Notes: generated by a model from the sequence alone, not told the origin. A stretch of 64,000 bases of DNA from an uncultured Clostridia bacterium (GCA_947625415.1 CANQOG010000001.1:97910-161909), one strand, 5' to 3'. Shown: positions 45,901 through 56,330, counted from the first letter of the stretch. Program-made: numbers and translations.

Positions 45901-48900
45901 GCGTTACAGAATCACTTATTACTTCAAGTTCATCTGTTGCGCAAAAATCAACAAGTTCTCTTATTCTTGCGCTTGAACTTCCTGAATTATTTGTAACCGT
46001 TATCTTGTATGTTATTACAACCTCTAAATCATTAGTTCTTCCATACTCATTTTTGAAAGGATTATTTTCATTCATTATATCTTGTAAAACATCATCATAA
46101 TTTGCTGTTCTAAATTCATAATCTTCTCTATAAATTCTTAAAACATAAGGTACTGGAACATCTAATACATGGTTATTATCTGTATCACAGTCTACACCAT
46201 TAATAGTTACTCTTCCATCAGCTCCTACTGTTAAACCGCCATATTCATAAGTTGTATTAAATCCGTTTACAGTAACCTCTGCCTTAATTACGTCTTTTAT
46301 TAATGAAAGATCAGCTTGGTCTCTTTCTCTAAGACCTAAATTTATATATTGTAAATATTCTGTATCATAATTTAAATCATATACTCCACTACTTGTTGGA
46401 ACATATAAATCAATTGATCTTGCTTTTATATTTAATGGAGAATCTACATTTCCATCCCATAAAGCTATACTTTTTTGTAAATTATTTCCCTCAATCTCAT
46501 AGTCTATTTGTTTACTTGAACTACTTGCATCAGGACCTTCATAAGCTATATTATTAGCTATTGTTTCTAATTTCTTATTAAATGGAATTCTATCAATTTC
46601 ATCTGCATTAGAATCATTTGGGAATTCCGTCATCATAGAGTTATCTGAACTATTTAAGTGAGACGTCTCTGAATTATTAACAGCGGTAAATCTTTCACCA
46701 TCATAATTATATACAATATAATAGTGAAATAATGTTTCACTTGTATAATAGAAATAATTTCCAGCTCCTATATCTGTATATTCATTACTTCCTTGATGTC
46801 CACTTCCTTCTGTTACAGTCTTATCTGGTCCTTTTCTTACTCTACCGAATGTAAAGTGACCAGTATCAGGATCCACAAATTTACTGTCTATTGGATTAGT
46901 AGGAACATCTGGACTCCATAATTCAACAGAAACCTTTTTATATTGTTCTCTTGGCATTTTTCCTAAGTCTTCACCAGCTCCATCTTTTAAGTTATTATTA
47001 TACAAATCTAAGAATACAATACCTGCAATCTCAGGGTCTAATAATCTTATATAATCATAATCTTCATCATCTATTTCTCCTTCAACTGGAAAAGATGGAT
47101 GTGAGAAACTACAAGAGCCCGTATCTATATCAGGTGGTTGATATCTAGTTCCATCAGGCAGAACAACTTCTTCTGGAGTCTTCGTATTATGTTCAACTGT
47201 ACAATTATATATCTTGTATTTATATGAAACATCAGATACTTTATTTTCAATATTCATTAATTTCAGATTAGATGCAAGAACTCTAAATTTAATATATGCT
47301 TTACTTACTACCCATGTACTTGAATCATCTGTTGCATTTTCATTGGCAGACACATCTACATTTTTCCAAATTATTTTATTATCTTCAAATTCAGCTCCAT
47401 CTATATCTACATATTCCAAATATTTTGTATCATAAGTATCTAAACAAGATAGCTCTTCTACTATAGGTTTGTTATGTTCGTCACATGGCTTATTTTCACC
47501 ACCACAAGAAGATGGTAATATCTCGCTTTGGTTTTTATAGTAAATATTTTGTCTTAATTCTATTGTATAAGTAACAATATCATCATGTTCAACTTCAGCT
47601 GGAAAATTATATTTTTCGTCTTTAGTCATTGAATTTCTTCCACTTCTGAAATTAGAATCTGGTCCGCCCTTCAACATTACTTATATATTTTTTAAGTTCT
47701 GCTTTAGGAGTTTCAGGTTTTATTGCTAAATAATCCGAAGACTCATAAACATCAACACCAAATTCAAATCTAGCAGTATTTTTATATATACCTGTTTGAG
47801 CATTTTCTGCAGTCATACTTGCAGTAATTGTTATTGTTATAGTTTTTGAAGCTTCAATTATTATTTCAGAGCCATTAGTAATTGGTGAGTCATTTAATGT
47901 CATACTTCCAATAGTAATTGCAGTATCAGCTGTATCGCTAAATATCCCTTGAATTTCATAATCATTAGGATTTTTTATTGTTATAGTATATGTAATAGTT
48001 TTCTTTTCTTCTGCTTCACCTGCATCTGCTGGGCTACTTTGCTTTTCTTTCTCACTCATACCAGAACGATTTTGACTAGAACCATTTAACATTGATATAG
48101 ATTTATTCATTTCAGGTACATCTACTCCTATTATTTTCAAATAGTCTGAAGATTCATAAACATCAACACCAAATTCAAATCTAGCAGTATTTTTATATGT
48201 TCCTGCTTGAGCATTTTCTGCAGTCATACTTGCAGTAATCTTTATTGTTATAGTTTTTGAAGCTTCAATTGTTATTTCAGAATCATTAGTAATCGATGTA
48301 CCATTTAATGACATATTTTTAATTTCAATTGCAGAGTCAGCAGTATCACTAAATTTTCCTTTAATTTCATAATCATTAGGATTTTTTATTTCTACAGTAT
48401 ATGTAATAGTTTTTGATATACCTGCTTCACCTGCATCTGCCGGGTCATTTTGTTTTTCCTCTTCATTCATTTCAGAACGAGATTGATTAGAACCATTTAA
48501 TACTGAAATATACTTGTTAATTCCAGGTTGGTCAGGATTAACAGGCTTAACGTCTACCCAATCAGACGATTCTATTGGTTCGTCTTCTCCTTCTGGGGTA
48601 AATTCAGCTGTATTTTTATATTTTCCAGAAGCAATAGTTTCATTTCCCTCTAAAGTTATATGAAATTCTTTCGTTTCATCTCCTGCCAGAGTTACATCTA
48701 TGCCACTTTCTAAATCACCATCTTCACATTCTAAATTACTTAAAAATTCAGTATCATAAACATCTTTTAATTTTCCTTTAACTTCTTCACTACTTTCATT
48801 TTTAAGTTTAATTGTATAATAAATTTTTACTTTTTGAGTGGCTAATTCAACAGGTTCTTCTTCCTTTTTATTTTCATCATATTCTTCTCTGTCATCTCCG

Positions 48901-49833
48901 AAATCATCATTTACTTTAGGATATGTATCTTCTCCAATGCTTTCTACTTTAGTAATATATTTAACAAGATTAACACCTTCTACAGGATTTGCTTTTCCAT
49001 AAAGCATAATTTTTCCTTGACTCAAATCTCCAGAAAAGTAAAGTAATCTTGCTGAATAGTTTTCTTTTTCACCATCTTCATTTATACAATAACCATCTTT
49101 ATCATAAGCTGTTACCGCTTCTTTATATTTTGAAAAACCTTCTGTAAAACCGAGTGTATATGGAGCTATTTCAAAAACTCCTTCATCTCCTTGCCACTGA
49201 ATAGAACCACCACTCACTATACTTTGCAATTCATTTTTTGCACGCCCCCAAATATTATTAATTGCAACAGATGCGTGAGAATATTGATAACCATAACTAC
49301 GGCAAGTGTCATCCGTACAATAATCAGTAATGGTATGCCCTTCCCCATCATCACGCGTATAACTTCCCGTACATTTAAACCAACCTGGATTTTTAGTTAC
49401 CGCATAAGCCAAATAAGCAAGTGCTCTTGCCTTTTGGCTAGTACCTTCTGTTCCATCTGTACTTGCTCCAGAATGATAAATTTTAACAAAATCTGGGTCA
49501 TCCCCATCTGGATTTATATCAATTATAGCTTCAAGTTTATTATATCCTGATTTATCAGTACCATTGTGATAAACACAACCGGACATTTACTCCTTGTCCA
49601 TACTGATTTAAATATTTATATACAACACTTGCAAATGGCAACGTCTTAGCTGTATCATAAGACAACTTTAACAAATCAGCTATATTGGGATATTCCTTTT
49701 TATAATAATCATCAGAACCAAATTGATACTCTCCATCAGCAAAACTTTTATAATTAAAAAAACTTAAAATCATGTTTGCTACTAATACAATAATTATTAA
49801 AAATAAACTAATAACCTTTTTTCTTTTTTTCAT
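42929..49833 (-). CDS. Giant surface adhesin (about 2300 aa), reconstructed across two CGG frame breaks
   Basis: ORFs 49555..49833 (signal peptide), 47652..49586 and 42929..47677 join at CGG 49579..49581 (GVNV-G-CVYHNGTDKSGYNK) and 47664..47666 (NVEG-G-PDSNFRSGRNS). It contains tandem modules of about 136 aa, a Pro-rich linker, SdrD/Cna-B-like modules (GVVFEEID...GDDGRYYFGD...GLYIVRF), and a C-terminal SPPTG motif followed by a TM helix and a KRKKFYK tail. 6905 nt minus 2 gives 2301 codons. Confidence 0.75.
47663..47666 (-). other. In-frame CGG frame-break site (CGGA read as Gly), adhesin site 2
   Basis: GAA GGG CGG ACC; +1 joins ORF 47652..49586 to ORF 42929..47677 (EG-G-PDSNFRSGR). Confidence 0.7.
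47712..48527 (-). repeat. Two tandem 408-bp (136-aa) near-identical coding repeats inside the giant adhesin
   Basis: For example, the block at about 47738 (gaagactcataaacatcaacaccaaattcaaatctagcagtatttttata...) recurs at about 48146. The protein units ...LNGS.Q.RS.M.E.EKQ..PADAGEA...KTITYT..IKNPNDYEI.G.FSDTAD.AI.I..M.LN...ITN.SEI.IEASKTITI.ITASMTAENAQ.G.YKNTARFEFGVDVYESSDYL occur twice, and a third, diverged copy lies upstream. Confidence 0.85.
49578..49581 (-). other. In-frame CGG frame-break site (CGGT read as Gly), adhesin site 1
   Basis: AAT GTC CGG TTG; +1 joins the signal-peptide ORF to ORF 47652..49586 (V-G-CVYHNGTDK). Confidence 0.7.
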
Positions 49834-49845
49834 TTTTTCACCTCC

Positions 49846-52800
49846 TTACCTATAAATCTTTTTTGTATTTTTTATTTTTATTATAATTACCATTAATACA
49901 CCTACCATTATTATAATTAATAATGTTGTTGTAATATATTCAGCTGTTTGTCCAGTTGCAACAGAAATCATTAAACTTGCTTCTCCATAATCATCTTCTG
50001 TTCTACTCTTATTGTTTTCGATTGAATCTTTATCAAATAATCCTAGAGTATTAGTATATTCAACTATTTCAGCTCCATTAACTAGTTTTACAGATTCTCC
50101 ATCTTCTAAGCTTCTTCTTAAAACAAGTATAAATTCTTTTGTTTCTCCTGGTTTAATCTCATTATCTACTAAACCTGTATAATATAGTCCATTATCTGAA
50201 CCTATATACCAACCTTCACTTTTATTTAATACAACTTGGACATTATTTGGTAAATAGTCGACAATTTTATTTATATATCCAGCTACATCACCTTCATTTG
50301 TAACTCTAAACTTATATGTAATATCTAATACGCTTGATTTATAATATTTTGAACGAATTTCTAATCTTGCGTTTGTTACATTTCTATAATCATAAGTTTT
50401 TGTTCCTTCATCATTTTTTAATGTTATTGAAGAAATCATTTTTTCTAATTTAAAGTCAAAATTTGTTTTATCAACAAGCCCAATATCTATTGAACTTAAA
50501 CTACTATTCTCAATCTCTAAAACATCAGTAACTCCAAGTACTTGTGTTGAACCTTTTATAGTTATAGTTTTTGATACAGCATCTGAGTTTTCAGAAGAAG
50601 TAGCAGCTTCTACTTGATATCTTGTTACTTTATATTTATTTGGGTTATAATCAAACACAGCTATATACTTACCAGGAAGTATATTTAAAAATGAATATAA
50701 GCCATTTTCACCTGTAACAGTTGTTTCAATTAAATTTGATGTATCAACTCCACCATTACGATTTGCTCCATATAATGATACAACTACTCCACCTTTCATA
50801 TTTTCATTTGTTTGTCTAATACCATCTTGATTTGAATCAACCCATGCTAAACCTGAAATACCATAACTAATATTTTTAGTTTGAGAATCTTGTTGAGGTT
50901 GGTTATTATTACTATTTTGTGAATTATTATTGTTATTGCTATTATTGTTATTGTTTTGTGAATTGTTATTATTATTATTATTGCTACTATTATTGTTATT
51001 ATTTTGTGAATTGCTATTATTGCTATTGTTGTTATTATTTTGTGAATTATTATTATTACTATTGTTGTTATTATTATTTTGATTATTTGTAGAAGGTGTA
51101 ACATAAGAAGTTACATTTTTATCATTATTAATTTTAAAAGAAATTACATCTGTTTCAAAATCATTAGCTCCTACCCCTGAAACTTTTATCTTATTTTCAA
51201 CAATAGACTGGTCTCTTTTAAAATAGCCTGAATATACTAAATAAGTAAGTTTAAATTCTACGCTTTCGTTTGGCTTAAGATTAGCAAGTCCAACTATTTT
51301 ATCATCATCAATAACAATATCTTCTTGTTTTTTATTATTAACAAATAATTCTCCTGAAACAAATTTTAAACCGTCTGGAATATTATCAGTAATCCTCAAA
51401 CCTGATATACCTACAACACCTATATTAGTTAAAGAAAAAGTATAAGTTACTTCATCATTATCTTCTAAAATAAATTTATTTACGTCAGAATCCCAATTAT
51501 ATGACGTTAAAGGAGTTGATTGATATATATCTTTTTTATAGTTATTTGAAATATATTCTTCATCATTCAAATATGTAACAGAAGAAATTTCAATTTCTCT
51601 ACTTATCTCTGTTGGGTCAAATTCATCAATAATTGTTGAAATATATATCATTTTTTCTTCATCTACTGAAAGTTTTGGTATATTTATAACTACTTTTCTA
51701 TAGTCATTTATATCTTCTGAAGTTGCTTCAATATCTTCATAACCTACATAATAAGCTTTATTAAAGATTAATTCATTTGGTATATTAACATTTAATTTAA
51801 TATTAGATACTTCACTATCAGAAATATTTTTTAAATATACATAAATAGGAAAACTATCATTGACATATAAATCTTCTTTTTTTGTTACGCCTTCTTCTCT
51901 TGGATATCCAATTCTAGTTTCTATTAAAGCTGGTTTTACTTGAAATTTTGTAGTTGTTACATTTACTTCTTCCATTTCATCAGCAACTATATTTATTTTT
52001 CCAAATACTTCTTCTACATCTTCATAAACAATTGCTTGATATTCAAAAGTTTTTGTTTCATTTGGTTCTAGGCTTTCAATCTCAAATTCTTCATACTTTT
52101 TTTCTAAATCTATGTCTTCTGTATACTTTCCATTATAATATAGTTCATATCCAGCATAATCTGAATTTTCTTTTATTTTAAAATAATATAAATTAGAATT
52201 TTCAGCATTTCCTTTTATTTTTATATTATTAATAATTCTATCAGAACTATTAGTTACAATTACTTTATATTTTAAAATTTGTCTTTCATAAACAGAATCA
52301 CCTTCGCTTAAAATTGTTCCACCTTGTAATACTTGTGTACCAATAGTTAATTCAGGTAATTCTTGTTTATCTTTATCTTCAATATCATCCATATCAATTT
52401 CTTTTGTTTCTGTAAACATTCCTACTGAACATTGATTTGTATAATCTTGTGTATCGATTTTATAATAAACAATATAATTTGTATAAGCTTTTGAATTATA
52501 ACCAACAGTTTCTGGTACTGTAACACTAAAATTAAAAGCTATTTTTTCACCTTTAGCCAAATTTTTATTACTTACTACAATTTTAAATGATTTAAAATTA
52601 CTCAAATTTGTTGTATCTTTAGTCCAGTTACTTGAATTAGCGCCAATTTCTCCATCTTCTGAGTAATAAACATCACAGATAACTCCATTTAATGCTAAAG
52701 CTGTTTTCAAACTTGTATCAAAGTTTGTTCCTAAATCATTTCCATTCTCGTCCTTATTACCTACAAAAGGAATTCTACCAACAATTACAACATCATTTAA

Positions 52801-54483
52801 TGTTGCTTCATAATTATTCATTATTGAGCCTTCAATATTTACTGTCTGCTCTTGATTTGCTAATATTTGAAGTTTTTCAGTTTTATCATCATAACTTGTA
52901 ACTGAGCCTACATCAGGTTCATCAATTGTTAATGACCTTACTAATTCTTGTCTTCCTACAAATCCTATTTCTATATCTTCAGACTCTTTTCCTTCCAATA
53001 CATAAGATCTTCTATATGCATCTTTATTTGTATAAGTTAATTTTAATACATCACTAGAATCTGGTGTTAATCTATCAACATCTAATTCTGTATATACAAC
53101 AAGTGTTGTTCCTTCATGAACAGCTCCAGGAGTATATTCTAATTGAGCTCCAGAAAGGTCAACTCTTAAAACTTTCTTTCCTAGCTTATTAGTAGTCACT
53201 TCCCATTTATCTACTGAAAGTCCATTTGTATATAATAAACTTATACCAGAAATATCGACATCTTTTATAACTGATGGAAACTCTATTTCAATAGAAGGAT
53301 TTTCAAATAATTCATATCTTTCTTCATCAGTTTTTAAAGTTACATTTATAGCAACTTCATTTTTATCTTCAACTGATAAAACATCTGTATCTGAATCTAT
53401 TATCATTTTTGATTCAGTTTCTTGTAAACTTATATTACCTTCACTTGTATATGTTTTAACTTCTTTTCCTTCTTCATATAAATTTACATTTGCAATAGTG
53501 TTAATCTCAGCAAATAAACTTATTTGATCTCTACTATATTCAGCGCTGTCTTTAATTGCTTTATCATGTTTAATAGAAATTGTTCCATCATTTTGAATAT
53601 TAGTAAATTCAAATTTTAAAGAATTTAATTGCATTGGATATGTTATTACATAATCTGTTCCATTTTGAACACAGTCTCTATTAATATATCCTATTATTTC
53701 TCCATCTGATGAATAAATAGTAATATTTCCATCTTCACCTAACATATTATTAAATTCTTCAATAGATATTCTAGTTTGTCTATAATATGTTGAATCCATT
53801 AAACCTATTTTATTATTTGTTATAAGTCCAATTTTATCTGGTTCATCTTGAACAGTAAAAGAAAGTAGATTCTTTCCACCAACTATTGTTACAGTATCTA
53901 TAGTATTATAATATGTTTCGTATCCCCAATCTGAAACTGAGTTTGCATATAAATAACCTTTATAAATACTTGAGTTTTCAGAACTAACTTCTACTGTTGC
54001 TTCTGGTTCAATATAAGGTTCTTCTGGCTCTTCTGGTTCCTCTCCACCAATAACTTCCTCATTTGGGTCTATTGGTTCTTCAGGATTCTCTTCTATCGGT
54101 TCATCAATTGGATTTTCTATAGTAGGGTCTTCTGTTGAATTTTCAATATATGAATCTCCTCCAACTACTATATCATCACCAGTATCTCCAGTGTTAGGTT
54201 CTTCTGGTTCCTCTTCACCACCGATAACAATATCTCCTTGATTTTCATCTTGAACTGGAGGCTCTGTTTCCTCTGGTTCAGTATTACCACTTGGTTCTTC
54301 TTGTTCTTCGCCACTTCCAATAATTACATCATCATTAGAAGGTTCACTATTCTCTTCTCCAATTACAAAATCGTTAAGTGCGATAGCAACTTGAGCAAAA
54401 TATGAGAAATAGCTTTGCAAAAGCACAAAAATACACAAGATAGCAATAATTTTTTTAGTTTTTGCTTTTCCTTTTTTCTCCAT
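49846..54483 (-). CDS. Giant surface protein with an acidic N-terminal region, DUF11-like repeats, a poly-Asn/Ser/Gln tract, an SdrD B-like domain and a C-terminal TM anchor
   Basis: The track ORF starts at a TTG at 54513, but the ATG at 54483 has the SD AAAGGAGAA 6 nt upstream. SdrD-B pattern: GLAWVDSNQDGIRQTNE...TGENGLYSFLNILPGKYIAVF. The C-terminus is a hydrophobic helix plus KIKNTKKIYR. Confidence 0.75.
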   Translation of the reverse strand: MEKKGKAKTKKIIAILCIFVLLQSYFSYFAQVAIALNDFVIGEENSEPSNDDVIIGSGEEQEEPSGNTEPEETEPPVQDENQGDIVIGGEEEPEEPNTGDTGDDIVVGGDSYIENSTEDPTIENPIDEPIEENPEEPIDPNEEVIGGEEPEEPEEPYIEPEATVEVSSENSSIYKGYLYANSVSDWGYETYYNTIDTVTIVGGKNLLSFTVQDEPDKIGLITNNKIGLMDSTYYRQTRISIEEFNNMLGEDGNITIYSSDGEIIGYINRDCVQNGTDYVITYPMQLNSLKFEFTNIQNDGTISIKHDKAIKDSAEYSRDQISLFAEINTIANVNLYEEGKEVKTYTSEGNISLQETESKMIIDSDTDVLSVEDKNEVAINVTLKTDEERYELFENPSIEIEFPSVIKDVDISGISLLYTNGLSVDKWEVTTNKLGKKVLRVDLSGAQLEYTPGAVHEGTTLVVYTELDVDRLTPDSSDVLKLTYTNKDAYRRSYVLEGKESEDIEIGFVGRQELVRSLTIDEPDVGSVTSYDDKTEKLQILANQEQTVNIEGSIMNNYEATLNDVVIVGRIPFVGNKDENGNDLGTNFDTSLKTALALNGVICDVYYSEDGEIGANSSNWTKDTTNLSNFKSFKIVVSNKNLAKGEKIAFNFSVTVPETVGYNSKAYTNYIVYYKIDTQDYTNQCSVGMFTETKEIDMDDIEDKDKQELPELTIGTQVLQGGTILSEGDSVYERQILKYKVIVTNSSDRIINNIKIKGNAENSNLYYFKIKENSDYAGYELYYNGKYTEDIDLEKKYEEFEIESLEPNETKTFEYQAIVYEDVEEVFGKINIVADEMEEVNVTTTKFQVKPALIETRIGYPREEGVTKKEDLYVNDSFPIYVYLKNISDSEVSNIKLNVNIPNELIFNKAYYVGYEDIEATSEDINDYRKVVINIPKLSVDEEKMIYISTIIDEFDPTEISREIEISSVTYLNDEEYISNNYKKDIYQSTPLTSYNWDSDVNKFILEDNDEVTYTFSLTNIGVVGISGLRITDNIPDGLKFVSGELFVNNKKQEDIVIDDDKIVGLANLKPNESVEFKLTYLVYSGYFKRDQSIVENKIKVSGVGANDFETDVISFKINNDKNVTSYVTPSTNNQNNNNNNSNNNNSQNNNNNSNNSNSQNNNNNSSNNNNNNNSQNNNNNSNNNNNSQNSNNNQPQQDSQTKNISYGISGLAWVDSNQDGIRQTNENMKGGVVVSLYGANRNGGVDTSNLIETTVTGENGLYSFLNILPGKYIAVFDYNPNKYKVTRYQVEAATSSENSDAVSKTITIKGSTQVLGVTDVLEIENSSLSSIDIGLVDKTNFDFKLEKMISSITLKNDEGTKTYDYRNVTNARLEIRSKYYKSSVLDITYKFRVTNEGDVAGYINKIVDYLPNNVQVVLNKSEGWYIGSDNGLYYTGLVDNEIKPGETKEFILVLRRSLEDGESVKLVNGAEIVEYTNTLGLFDKDSIENNKSRTEDDYGEASLMISVATGQTAEYITTTLLIIIMVGVLMVIIIKIKNTKKIYR
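50886..51100 (-). repeat. Imperfect trinucleotide/short-unit repeat encoding a poly-Asn/Ser/Gln tract
   Basis: The protein reads NNQNNNNNNSNNNNSQNNNNNSNNSNSQNNNNNSSNNNNNNNSQNNNNNSNNNNNSQNSNNNQPQQ. The + strand DNA is made of (att/gtt)n runs punctuated by ttttgtgaatt. Confidence 0.8.
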
Positions 54484-54622
54484 AAACTGTTCTCCTTTGT
54501 AGGTTTTTGGCAATTTTGCATTATTTTAATTTTTTTCAAAATAGCGCAATACGCCAAATATTTTTATCAATATAAAATAATTTTAACTGATTAAAATAAA
54601 AAATCAATAGGGAGGAATTGGC

Positions 54623-54673
54623 AAAAAAAAGAAACGTCTCTTATCAACTTACGGAAGTTATTTTTAGACGTTT
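54623..54673 (-). terminator. Composite (nested) terminator-like hairpin upstream of the adhesin operon
   Basis: The minus strand reads AAACGTCT-aaaaat-AACTTccgtAAGTT-gataag-AGACGTTT followed by CTTTTTTTTG. Confidence 0.5.
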
Positions 54674-54736
54674 TAAAAATCAAATATTACTTTTTTATAT
54701 CATTTTTTCACATTTTATCAAATTTTTCCATTTAAA

Positions 54737-54764
54737 ATCCACATTTTTCTCCCAAAATGTGGAT
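54737..54764 (-). terminator. Perfect 11-bp hairpin (terminator-like) in the long intergenic region
   Basis: ATCCACATTTT-(6 nt)-AAAATGTGGAT, followed on the minus strand by TTTTAAATGG. Confidence 0.45.
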
Positions 54765-55238
54765 AGCCGTAAAATAAAAGCTGTTATTTTACTTAAAATA
54801 TAGTTTCTTTATTGAACTAATACTGTTCACTAATTGCTCATATTTTATTCCCTTTGCATATTCATAATTCTTCTGATATTTGTTCCATCTTGTAGTTTTA
54901 GTTCAGTTTGTCCTATTCAATTCCTCCTAAACATTCTTTTGTTTAGTGTAATAAACTTTTTTCAATAAATTCGTCATTTTGTTTAGTTTATATTATTATA
55001 TTCATATAAAACAAATTTATACTGCTATAATAAAAAGTATATAAAATAGAATATTAATTTATTAATATTTTGCCCAATTTTGTGAGATATAATATAAATA
55101 GTGAAATAGAGATATAAGAAAATTTTAAAAAGTAATCATAAGAAATAAGGAAAATATGAAGCAGAAAATAGAAGACATGCAATAATTAGGATATACTAGG
55201 AAAGAAGTAATAAAAATGAAGATAAAGGTACATAAATT

Positions 55239-55272
55239 TAAAAATCCTTTCTATTAATTATAGAAAGGATTT
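55239..55272. terminator. Terminator after the YabE-like gene
   Basis: AATCCTTTCTA-ttaatta-TAGAAAGGATT hairpin with T-runs on both strands, immediately downstream of the stop at 55283. Confidence 0.7.
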
Positions 55273-55282
55273 CATATATTTT

Positions 55283-56263
55283 TTAATATACATAGCATTC
55301 TAAATTTCTTCTACCAAAATTAAGACATTCTGATAATGTATCCATATAAATATCTAATTTAGAATTTGTAATCGCTCCACCTCTATCTTCTACTACAAAC
55401 CATCCACCATTTGGTTGACTTGCAAAATATGGTATATATATTATTGTTCCCATTGGAATTCCAGGTCCAGCAGCTACTGTATACCAACTAGATGCTCTAG
55501 CTCCTGAAGCTGTTTTTCCATAGCTAGGATCTGATGATGGCTTACCACAAGTTGAAGCTGTATAAGCAGATACATTCATTGTAGTAACTCTAGGAGCTAT
55601 TCCCTGAACTGTTTCTCCTAAAGAAATTGCTGAACTAGCTCTATAATAACTTGAACGAGAAACTACTTTAGTAGAAATTTGAACAATTTTATCAACAGGT
55701 TGTTCAAGAACTGTTTCAGATATAACTGTTCTATTTACTTCTACATCATTTTCATATCTAACTTTATATTTTATCTCTTTTAAACCATTTTTTCCTTCTT
55801 GAAGAACTTGGTCAACTGTATCTGTTCCAGTTTGTGAAACATCTTTTGTTATTGTTTCAAAAGGTATTTCAACTTGTTCTGTAACAAGTTTTTCTGTAAC
55901 AGTAACATAAGAACCTAAAATCTGTTCAGTTGTAACATTTGTTTCTTCTTCAGCAACAACTACTGGCTTTTCTGTAACTTTAGAAATCTCAATAAGTTTT
56001 GCTGAACTAATTGGCTCATCTAAACCAGGTGAAACCTTTTCATCTGATAATAATTCTATATTATTCTCTTCTAAAATTTCTCTAACAGTAACTTTTGTAG
56101 TTACAACAGAAATTTGAGTATCATCTGTAAATCTTATAGTAATATAATTAATATCGTTTTTAGACGCAAAGACAACTGCTACAAGTATAATGATAAGCAT
56201 AATACTTATAGCAATAATTCTTCTGATTATCTTCAGTGATGATATATTATCATCTAATTTCAT
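55283..56263 (-). CDS. YabE-like cell-wall protein (TM anchor, DUF348 repeat, G5 domain, C-terminal 3D domain)
   Basis: G5-like segment (QVLQEGKNGLKEIKYKVRYENDVEVNRTVISETVLEQPVDKIV) and a 3D/RlpA-like C-terminus (MNVSAYTAS...TASGA...VAAGP.IPMGT...VVEDRGGAI....LDIYM). Confidence 0.75.
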   Translation of the reverse strand: MKLDDNISSLKIIRRIIAISIMLIIILVAVVFASKNDINYITIRFTDDTQISVVTTKVTVREILEENNIELLSDEKVSPGLDEPISSAKLIEISKVTEKPVVVAEEETNVTTEQILGSYVTVTEKLVTEQVEIPFETITKDVSQTGTDTVDQVLQEGKNGLKEIKYKVRYENDVEVNRTVISETVLEQPVDKIVQISTKVVSRSSYYRASSAISLGETVQGIAPRVTTMNVSAYTASTCGKPSSDPSYGKTASGARASSWYTVAAGPGIPMGTIIYIPYFASQPNGGWFVVEDRGGAITNSKLDIYMDTLSECLNFGRRNLECYVY

Positions 56264-56330
56264 AAATTAATCCTCTCTTTCAAGTGACTAATCGAATTAT
56301 ACTACTATTTCCTATAATTGTCAACTTTAA

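Noticed and set aside
49380-49590. A thioester (TQXA/TED) adhesin domain at the adhesin N-terminus, based on GCVYHNG and SVAINNIW
   Set aside because: The canonical Cys motif and the TQxA(I/V)W motif are not actually present, because there is no Gln in the second motif. The resemblance is too weak to call without an HMM search.
54618-54803. Plus-strand 61-aa ORF with an upstream GGGAGGAA
   Set aside because: The TTG start is only 2 nt from the SD-like sequence. The product is low-complexity and Phe/Ile-rich, and the region is better explained by minus-strand terminator hairpins.
54848-54935. A mini-ORF behind a perfect minus-strand SD (TAGGAGGAA)
   Set aside because: There is no ATG, GTG or TTG at workable spacing; only an ATA is present. 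It is reported only as part of the non-coding-region finding, not as a CDS.
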